From positions 1-30,244 of the IMG/VR virus record IMGVR_UViG_3300016474_000557: 30,244 bases of DNA; one strand, given 5' to 3'. Source of the stretch: a virus. Lineage: Duplodnaviria; Caudoviricetes. Every line of letters begins with the position of its first letter. The stretch's first letter is position 1. The translations under genes were made by a program, and so were the position numbers. Under the pieces are notes generated by a model, which saw only the letters and a list, made by a program, of their open reading frames with translations, made no database searches and was not told the DNA's origin. Shown in pieces: positions 19,197 through 25,278 of this stretch.

Positions 19197-19270
19197 TACC
19201 TGCTGCGGGAATTGAACCCACCTTGAACTCGTTATCAGCGAGCCGTTCACAACCAGTGAACCTAACAGGC
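19197..19270 (-). tRNA. tRNA-Ile(GAT)
   Basis: CTCG-CT GAT AA-CGAG. Confidence 0.85.
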
Positions 19271-19384
19271 AAGACTGTTGGGGGGCCGTACGATTGCCGT
19301 ACGATCATTAGCCCTTCCACCCTCAGGTCCCCCGGTGCTTCTGTAGGGATTCGAACCGAACCCTGAACAGTGTGTGCTATAATG

Positions 19385-19458
19385 TACCTCTGGTGGGATT
19401 CGAACCCACATCGTCCATTACGGTTACTCTGATTAGAAGGCAGGTCCGGTACAGAGGT
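19385..19458 (-). ncRNA. D-armless tRNA-like RNA (loop CTTCTAA; TCT or CTA)
   Basis: Perfect 7-bp acceptor stem and T arm, no D hairpin, long segment 3' of the anticodon-like arm. Confidence 0.65.
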
Positions 19459-19992
19459 ATGAACAGTTGCTTGAATTGTGAAACGCCTACCACCAATCCC
19501 AAGTTCTGCGGAAGGGGATGCGCCACGTCCTACAACAACAAGGTCTCTCCGAAGCGGACGCTTTCTGGAAAGAGCAAGTGCAAGGCGTGTGACGTTCCAA
19601 TTCCAGTGGGATACCACTACTGCGACGAGCACCGGGGCGCTCACGCAGGTCGTGTCGATTGGACCGCTCGTACAAAGGGCGATTACAAGAAGGCCAACGC
19701 CAATCAAGGCAAGTGGCCGTACGCCCGCCGACTCTCACGTCAAGCGTACCTCGCTTCCGGTCGCCCTCGCTGCTGTGCGGTGTGCGGATACGACAAGCAC
19801 TTTCAGGTCTGCCACATCCGTGACTGTAGCTCGTTCCCTGACTCTGCAACTATCGCAGAGATCAACGCACTGGACAACCTCGTTGCGTTGTGCCCCAATC
19901 ATCACTGGGAGTTTGACAAGATGGGGGCGCACGCTTTGGGAATTGTGCCCCCCGTTGTTGGCAAGGCAAAGGTTGGCGTGTCGTTCAGCTAG
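19459..19992 (+). CDS. HNH endonuclease, antisense to the tRNA array
   Basis: CAVCG...CHI...NLVALCPNHHWEFD; N-terminal CxxC..FC...C; GTGCTATAAT at 19374-19383. Confidence 0.85.
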   Translation: MNSCLNCETPTTNPKFCGRGCATSYNNKVSPKRTLSGKSKCKACDVPIPVGYHYCDEHRGAHAGRVDWTARTKGDYKKANANQGKWPYARRLSRQAYLASGRPRCCAVCGYDKHFQVCHIRDCSSFPDSATIAEINALDNLVALCPNHHWEFDKMGAHALGIVPPVVGKAKVGVSFS

Positions 19993-20070
19993 GAGTCCAC
20001 TCCCAGAAGCACCGACTGTGTCCATCACTAGGGGCATTGACTCTGTTACTAGAACGTCCCAGGTTCCATC

Positions 20071-20140
20071 GCCTATCGGGGGAGTCGAACCCCTCCTTCC
20101 TGCTTTGCGGCAGGCGTGCGTACCCTCACACTCTCCAGGT
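20071..20140 (-). pseudogene. Degenerate tRNA-like element (6-nt loop CGCAAA)
   Basis: T arm and CCTGC/GCAGG stem present; acceptor stem poorly paired. Confidence 0.5.
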
Positions 20141-20173
20141 TATCGATGGGGGCATCTGCATTCGCAGAGTCGG

Positions 20174-20247
20174 TGTTCCAGGTAGGATTCGAACCTACAA
20201 CATCCAGGCTCTCATCCTGGCACCTCTGCCGATTGGGTCACTGGAAC
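20174..20247 (-). tRNA. tRNA-Leu(GAG), short variable loop
   Basis: CCAGG-AT GAG AG-CCTGG. Confidence 0.85.
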
Positions 20248-20253
20248 ATAGGT

Positions 20254-20404
20254 GGTGGTGGGGTACTGTCACATCGCCAGCGCCCACACACGCCCTTCAA
20301 CCTCTATACGAGATAGAAGCTCAAGGCGGCGTGTGGACACCCGTAAACTCGGGCCTGCATAGCCGTAGCTATTGGAGCCTTTGCAGACGTATTCCCCCAC
20401 CACC
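20254..20404 (-). ncRNA. Structured RNA, GAAUACG/CAGUA family copy 1
   Basis: 10-bp terminal stem GGTGGTGGGG/CCCCACCACC flanking GAATAC-GTC...GAC-AGTA. Confidence 0.6.
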
Positions 20405-20407
20405 AGA

Positions 20408-20484
20408 TGGGGTGACCGGCCAGAGTCGAACTGGCTAACGAGACGGTTCACAGCCGCCCCTCCGCACCGATTGGATTCGGCCAC
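20408..20484 (-). tRNA. tRNA-His(GTG)
   Basis: Loop CT-GTG-AA, C73, CCA. Confidence 0.88.
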
Positions 20485-20486
20485 AG

Positions 20487-20570
20487 CGGAGAGTAGAGGA
20501 GTCGAACCTCACACCTTGCGATGCTCACATGTTTCCAGCATGGACCCCCGCCACCGGGGGATTGCTCTCC
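20487..20570 (-). tRNA. tRNA-Ser(GGA)
   Basis: CATG-CT GGA AA-CATG, long variable arm, G73. Confidence 0.85.
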
Positions 20571-20573
20571 ATT

Positions 20574-20732
20574 TGACAGCTACTGGAACCAGCATTCCGT
20601 GGGTGGTCGCTTAAGGGGCGACTCCCACCCAGCCATCCCGTGTGCGGCGGCTGTGCACAGCCATGTGGGGTCCTCTTGCCTGTATGCGGACAATCCTCTG
20701 CCGCCCATTGAGGGCATCCGTATTCACTGTCA
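20574..20732 (-). ncRNA. Structured RNA, GAAUACG/CAGUA family copy 2
   Basis: TGACAGT-GAATAC-GGA...TCC-AGTA-GCTGTCA. Confidence 0.6.
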
Positions 20733-20733
20733 G

Positions 20734-20806
20734 AGCCACGGGTGAGATTCGAACTCACTGCTTCATCGTTACGAGCGATGCGCCCCTCCTAAGGAGCCTC
20801 CCTGGC
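20734..20806 (-). tRNA. tRNA-Thr(CGT)
   Basis: CATCG-CT CGT AA-CGATG. Confidence 0.82.
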
Positions 20807-20810
20807 ATGT

Positions 20811-20936
20811 TGAGTAGCTACTGGACCTCCTGTAGCTGCACAGGGGATCGTCCCCCGCCGCCCTTGGTCAGTCTCCGTGGGCACGGTGTGTAGCAATCCA
20901 CACCTGAACCTACAAAGCATCCGTATTCACTACTCA
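20811..20936 (-). ncRNA. Structured RNA, GAAUACG/CAGUA family copy 3
   Basis: TGAGTAGT-GAATAC-GGA...TCC-AGTA-GCTACTCA. Confidence 0.6.
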
Positions 20937-20937
20937 G

Positions 20938-21010
20938 AGCTAGACGAGGGATTCGAACCCTCTACCTTAGTCTTACCATGACTATGCACATCCTAATGTG
21001 CTTCTCTAGC
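20938..21010 (-). tRNA. tRNA-Thr(GGT)
   Basis: TAGTC-AT GGT AA-GACTA. Confidence 0.87.
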
Positions 21011-21012
21011 AT

Positions 21013-21088
21013 TGGGGCCGGGGGCGGGATTCGAACCCGCTTACTCCGCTTTACAAGAGCGGCACTCGTCCTAACGAGCATCACCGGC
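21013..21088 (-). tRNA. tRNA-Thr(TGT)
   Basis: CCGCT-CT TGT AA-AGCGG, CCA. Confidence 0.9.
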
Positions 21089-21090
21089 AA

Positions 21091-21170
21091 TGGTAGGGGG
21101 GCACGGAGTCGAACCGCAGTGGCCTCAGCTTCAAAGGCTGGTGGGGGCACCGGCCCCCCGCTACTCCCCA
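21091..21170 (-). tRNA. tRNA-Gln(TTG)
   Basis: CAGC-CT TTG AA-GCTG, CCA; G-rich enlarged D arm. Confidence 0.8.
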
Positions 21171-21171
21171 G

Positions 21172-21244
21172 TACTCCGTACGGGATTCGAACCCGTACTC
21201 TCAGCCTTGAGAGGGCTGCGTGTTGCCAATTACACCAACGGAGC
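21172..21244 (-). tRNA. tRNA-Glu(CTC)
   Basis: CAGCC-CT CTC AA-GGCTG. Confidence 0.9.
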
Positions 21245-21245
21245 A

Positions 21246-21315
21246 TGGCGCTTCTGGAAGGATTCGAACCTTCTAGGTGTCTTTAGGAGAGACGCCGCCA
21301 TCCTATGGCAGAAGC
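21246..21315 (-). tRNA. tRNA-Arg(CCT), compact D arm
   Basis: GTCT-CT CCT AA-AGAC, perfect acceptor and T stems, CCA. Confidence 0.78.
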
Positions 21316-21394
21316 ATCGAAGCATCCCTATCCCCGGTATGCGGGGGCCGCACTGGGTGGTCATCCCTGTACGGTGCTGACGAAGCCTTAGGAT

Positions 21395-21470
21395 TGGTAC
21401 TCCCCTGGGGATTCGAACCCCAACCACACAGGGTAAGAGCCTGGGATGCCGACCGTAACACCTGAGGAGC
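21395..21470 (-). tRNA. tRNA-Lys(CTT)
   Basis: CAGG-CT CTT AC-CCTG, CCA. Confidence 0.87.
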
Positions 21471-21475
21471 ATGAG

Positions 21476-21559
21476 TGGGAGCAGAGGGAATCGAACCCCC
21501 GAAGTCCGAAGACACCTGTTTTACAGACAGGTTGCAACTAACCAACAGTGCTTGCGCCC
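21476..21559 (-). tRNA. tRNA-Tyr(GTA)
   Basis: CCTGT-CT GTA AA-ACAGG, variable arm GTC-TTCG-GAC. Confidence 0.9.
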
Positions 21560-21628
21560 ATAGTGGGGTGTTGAGGCGACAGAACGCCTCACTTAGTGTC
21601 AGCTTCTCTGCACTGACAACACCTCCAG

Positions 21629-21712
21629 CGGAAGGTACAGGAGTCGAACCTGATCCTTTGACAGACGCACTCGTTAGCAGCGAGGCCCCCCACCTCTGGG
21701 GGATTGCCTTCC
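21629..21712 (-). tRNA. tRNA-Ser(GCT)
   Basis: CTCG-CT GCT AA-CGAG, long variable arm, G73. Confidence 0.87.
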
Positions 21713-21715
21713 ATA

Positions 21716-21967
21716 TAGCAGGGCGGGCGGGAGGATTACTGTATACCTCCAACACAGGGTAGCTCGTACAGTTTCCGATGTATGACCTGTGTCCCTCGGT
21801 GATGCCGCTAAGCCTGTGACCGTACTAGGTTGCTACCCGTTCTGGACCCTCTCAGCACTTGCCGTTGAGGGCTGTTCACTCACCAATGCCGATGGCCCCC
21901 AGTTGCTACACCAGGACCGTTTCCGGCACGCCCAACCACTTCAACCGTCGTCTCCGTGGTCCTGCTA
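21716..21967 (-). ncRNA. Unidentified ~250-nt structured RNA between tRNAs
   Basis: Paired termini TAGCAGG/CCTGCTA and several internal hairpins; no credible ORF. Confidence 0.5.
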
Positions 21968-21968
21968 G

Positions 21969-22041
21969 TACCTGCTGAGGGAGTCGAACCCCCGGCCAAC
22001 ACGTTCGTAGCGTGCTGCTCTGTCCTCTGAGCTAAGCAGGT
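21969..22041 (-). tRNA. tRNA-Arg(ACG)
   Basis: CACG-CT ACG AA-CGTG. Confidence 0.9.
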
Positions 22042-22589
22042 ATGTGGTAGTTCACGTTGGGGGGCCGCTGCTATTCCAGCGCCTCTGTTCACCACTACGT
22101 GTTCTATGAGGGTAGCACTACCATCCCCCGTACCTAGCTGAGCGTGCAGCTAGGACACCCTTCCGTCAAGACACGTAAGGCCACGTCGGTCCTGGGAACT
22201 ACGCCCCCAGGTTGGCTGATCTTGTGTGAATACAAGGGGGAGACCCACGTACCCCAGGTGTTGTATCCAGGTTGGCCGGAAGACCCTTTGATCGCACCGA
22301 CAGCACCCCTGAGCGAGCACCTGTGCTCGTGGGACGTGTTAGGGAACAGTCTCACTTCCCCTCGCTCACAGTCCCGGTAGACGATTTGACCCACCTGCCG
22401 TCCCTAATCAGCGCATCGTCGGGAGTAATGGAGGGGGCGGCGGCAGGACTTCCCGTCCCTACGAGGTCCTCCCATTAGCTCGGACCCGCCCCCTCAGAAC
22501 CGTGTGGGGACCATTCCTTCATGCCACCACCCCGAAAGGGGTGGCGAATGGCCCTGCCGTGCATAGCAGGCTCTTCGCCCCACACTCCG

Positions 22590-22665
22590 TAGCGCCCGTG
22601 GGATTCGAACCCACACTGTACTGGTTCTAAGCCAGTCGCCTCCTGCCGAATTGGGCTAGAGCGCC
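22590..22665 (-). tRNA. tRNA-Leu(TAG), short variable loop
   Basis: ACTGG-CT TAG AA-CCAGT. Confidence 0.88.
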
Positions 22666-22851
22666 ATGTGACGATTACGGCACAGAGGTAATGTAAAGCC
22701 TTCTGTGTAGCCCGCTTATGAGCGTCCATCGTCATCGCCCACCAGGTGTACCCCTGGTCACTCTCTAGTAAAGTATCAAAGTGTTTGGGGTGTGAGATGC
22801 TATCCCGTCGCCCCGGTAAGCACTGCCCTCCGCTAAGCGGTCAGACAGTAG

Positions 22852-22925
22852 TAGCCCTCCTGGGATTCGAACCCAGACCATCTCCGTGTTGAGCGGAGCG
22901 CCTCTGCCAGTTGGACTAGAGGGCC
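22852..22925 (-). tRNA. tRNA-Leu(CAA), short variable loop
   Basis: CTCCG-CT CAA CA-CGGAG. Confidence 0.87.
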
Positions 22926-23134
22926 ACGACGCTTTGGGTTACCAGCCCCGTGAGACGATGCGTCTGCCGTCACCTTCCACATAACGATGGTGGTCGCTCC
23001 ACGTCTGGCTAAGGCGTTCCAGCACCGTCAACCGCTACTTCCCTTTAGCTTCGTGGTCTAGGCCTAGCTCACGAATCGGCTGGAGCCGTTTGACATGCAC
23101 TCCAGTTCCTATGGGGTTGGTAGCCCCTTAGAGG

Positions 23135-23204
23135 AGGCGGGTGTCGGAGTTGAACCGGACTAAGCCTGGCTTATGAGACCTGGCCCCTAACCCTAGGACC
23201 CGCA
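23135..23204 (-). tRNA. tRNA-Met(CAT)-like, compact D arm, 1:72 mismatch
   Basis: Loop CT-CAT-AA, T loop TTCAACT; could be initiator-like or Ile2. Confidence 0.68.
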
Positions 23205-23205
23205 G

Positions 23206-23277
23206 CACCGACCGTAGGATTCGAACCCACATCGAACGGTTTTGGAGACCGTTGCCTTACCATTAGACCAGATCGGT
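23206..23277 (-). tRNA. tRNA-Trp(CCA)
   Basis: ACGGT-CT CCA AA-ACCGT, G73. Confidence 0.9.
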
Positions 23278-23410
23278 ATGTGCCTGTCTTTCCAGGCTGT
23301 CAGGCGGATTACCGCCATTTAGAGTTTGCCTTCACCCACGTAGCTACGAACCGCTCTCAGCGGTCCCTATTGGAACCACCCGTATGAGAGCCGGGTGTCA
23401 ATCGTAATAG

Positions 23411-23488
23411 TGGAGCCGCCGAGATTCGAACTCGGGTTCCGCAGGTGCTCTTGCAAGCCTTTCCTCCGGTCGATGCCTTATCGGCCCC
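23411..23488 (-). ncRNA. Mini-tmRNA (tRNA-like domain only)
   Basis: GGGGCCG-ATAAGGCATCGAC...GAAC-CCGAG-TTCGAAT-CTCGG-CGGCTCC-A; G3-U70; stemless D loop; no mRNA-like domain. Confidence 0.72.
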
Positions 23489-23504
23489 ATTCGGTTGTAG
23501 TAGT

Positions 23505-23533
23505 ACCATATCAGGTAGTTGCTACCTTGTCAA
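23505..23533 (-). promoter_or_regulatory. Promoter driving the RNA array, with palindromic spacer
   Basis: TTGACA-17 bp-TATGGT with TG extension; spacer AGGTAG-CAA-CTACCT. Confidence 0.72.
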
Positions 23534-23542
23534 GTACCTTTG

Positions 23543-23626
23543 CGGAAGGTAGAGGAGTCGAACCCCTGGCCACAACCAGCGTGTCGGTTTTCAAGACCGA
23601 TTGCCCCCCACGGAGCGCTGCCTTCC
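23543..23626 (-). tRNA. tRNA-Ser(TGA)
   Basis: TCGGT-CT TGA AA-ACCGA, long variable arm, G73. Confidence 0.88.
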
Positions 23627-23681
23627 AAGTGGGATGATAGCACATACTACCACCCCGTGCCGGATATCAACTACCCGACTT

Positions 23682-24089
23682 TCACTTCTTGTAGACGACG
23701 ACGACCATGTGCTCGTCGGTCTCGCTGATGATCTCAGCGTTGGTGTAGATGTTCACCTCGTCTTCGCCCTCTTCGCCCTCTTCCTCATCGAAGTTCATGG
23801 CCTGGCAGATGCAGCCCTCGTTGTCGCAGTACCCCGTCTCGTCCTTCCTGTAGAAGGCGCTGTCGGATGCCTGCTGGTACTCGCTGGCTTGCTGGTCGGT
23901 GAGGCCCACTGCATCCAGTGCCGAGAGCAGGTAGGGCATCGTGGCGGCGAGGTAGTCTTCCACCTCAGTGGCGTAGTACGCCTCGGCAATGTCCTCGTCT
24001 TGGAGGATCAGGGGGAGCGTCTCCAGGAGACTCGCCACCAGTTTCGCTGGTGGAGCGTGTGGGCGGTGTGAAGGGTGGCCAACACACAA
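23682..24089 (-). CDS. Acidic hypothetical protein (5' end probably frameshifted)
   Basis: Clean coding frame from about 24045 down; the promoter-linked ATG at 24127 is in another frame. Confidence 0.55.
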   Translation of the reverse strand: MCVGHPSHRPHAPPAKLVASLLETLPLILQDEDIAEAYYATEVEDYLAATMPYLLSALDAVGLTDQQASEYQQASDSAFYRKDETGYCDNEGCICQAMNFDEEEGEEGEDEVNIYTNAEIISETDEHMVVVVYKK

Positions 24090-24134
24090 GCGAGCTTGTG
24101 GGCGGCTGGGTCGGTAGTCGTTGTCATGGAAGGG

Positions 24135-24163
24135 ACCCTACTCTCGTAGCGCCCCCGTGTCAA
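24135..24163 (-). promoter_or_regulatory. Sigma70-type promoter (leaderless transcript)
   Basis: TTGACA-17 bp-TAGGGT, ATG 7 nt downstream. Confidence 0.6.
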
Positions 24164-24172
24164 TGACCTTTC

Positions 24173-24331
24173 TCAGTAACCGCTCTTTGCCCTATGTAGG
24201 GCCTCTGCGTACTCGTCGTCGCTCATGTTGTCCCTCGCCTGCTCCTGGGCTGCTACCTTGCGGGCGCTCATTGTGTATGGAGGGGTGTGTACGGGGTCAG
24301 CCTGTGCTGGCTTCGTGGTCTTGATGGACAT
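24173..24331 (-). CDS. Small hypothetical protein
   Basis: GGAGG RBS before MSIKTTKP. Confidence 0.55.
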   Translation of the reverse strand: MSIKTTKPAQADPVHTPPYTMSARKVAAQEQARDNMSDDEYAEALHRAKSGY

Positions 24332-24515
24332 AGGAATCCTCCGGTGGTTCGATCTGGATACGAACATCATAGTCCCTGGGATCTCCCCACGAAGCCAAGA
24401 CGGCAGGCTCACCGTCCTCGTACTCCACGACCCAGAGGTCTCGCCCCTGCGAGTCGTGCTGGATGGAGAACAGGTGCCCCCACCTTCCGTTGTTAGTGGT
24501 CCTAATCCAGATCAT
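24297..24515 (-). CDS. Small hypothetical protein
   Basis: AAGGAG RBS before MIWIRTT. Confidence 0.6.
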   Translation of the reverse strand: MIWIRTTNNGRWGHLFSIQHDSQGRDLWVVEYEDGEPAVLASWGDPRDYDVRIQIEPPEDSYVHQDHEASTG

Positions 24516-24531
24516 ACGCTCTCCTTGTAGA

Positions 24532-25275
24532 TCACTCGGGGCGAGTGAGGCGAGGAACCGCCTCCGATGCCGTCTTCTTGTAGTCGATACTGCGCCAGTT
24601 GTTGCGCTTGACGCCCGCTGGCTTACCAGCGGCTGCGAGGCCCTGGGCATGCGCAAAGGCGTCGTCCTCGTTGACGAAGTGGGCGACTGCCTTGCCTCCG
24701 CTGAGGAGGTCTGCTTCGAACAGCTGGAGCGGTCTTGGCGTGTCGTACGCCTCCTTGTGCACCTGACCAGCGTTCAGCATGGGGTTGTACCCTCGCTGTG
24801 CGAGGTGCTTGAGCGCCGGGTGGGCAGTCGGGTCGGCAGCAACGTCCCTAGACCACGTCCTGACGGTCTCGGGGAGCGCTCTATACGAAATAGCGCCTGG
24901 GTCCTCATAGTCGTTCACGTACGGAACAGTCTTGCCTTCTCGCACGGCACGCCCAGCCTCGTCAGAGTAGTTGGCGTCGTGGTCGCTCATTGTAGGCGTG
25001 AGCGGGCCTGTCATACGCACAGTGTGCACGAACTGCCTGCTCGCCAACACGCCTCGTGCCACGGCAGTGTGCTTGTCACCGAAGTGCATACCCGCTGAGT
25101 CGCCGTAGCCTACATCGACGTTCCCGCCTCGGTCCATCCTCGGCATATCAGGCTCATCGGAAGCGTGGTATACGATGTTCGGCTGCTGTACCCACTTGTC
25201 AGGGTGGAGACGCCAACGATCCGGCCCCTTGGGACCGGGATCGAAGAGTTGCTCCTTCTGCTTGCGGCGTGCCAT
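24532..25275 (-). CDS. Putative ADP-ribosyltransferase-fold protein (ART-PolyVal-like)
   Basis: VYHAS...GMHFG...A...VHTVR...PYVNDYEDPGAISY resembles the H-x-[TS]/aromatic/E motif order. Confidence 0.5.
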   Translation of the reverse strand: MARRKQKEQLFDPGPKGPDRWRLHPDKWVQQPNIVYHASDEPDMPRMDRGGNVDVGYGDSAGMHFGDKHTAVARGVLASRQFVHTVRMTGPLTPTMSDHDANYSDEAGRAVREGKTVPYVNDYEDPGAISYRALPETVRTWSRDVAADPTAHPALKHLAQRGYNPMLNAGQVHKEAYDTPRPLQLFEADLLSGGKAVAHFVNEDDAFAHAQGLAAAGKPAGVKRNNWRSIDYKKTASEAVPRLTRPE

Positions 25276-25278
25276 TAG

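Noticed and set aside
17330-23570. Recurrent gggattcgaaccc / ggagtcgaacc repeats resembling a CRISPR array
   Set aside because: They are tRNA T-loops; spacing is irregular and no cas genes are present
18890-23626. tRNAs with TAA, TAG and TGA anticodons as stop suppressors or Sec tRNA
   Set aside because: These anticodons read TTA, CTA and TCA (Leu, Leu, Ser); suppressors would need TTA, CTA or TCA anticodons
17584-23728. Many 60-260 aa ORFs across the RNA array
   Set aside because: They overlap tRNA or structured RNA genes and lack RBS or protein-like composition; only the two HNH ORFs are credible
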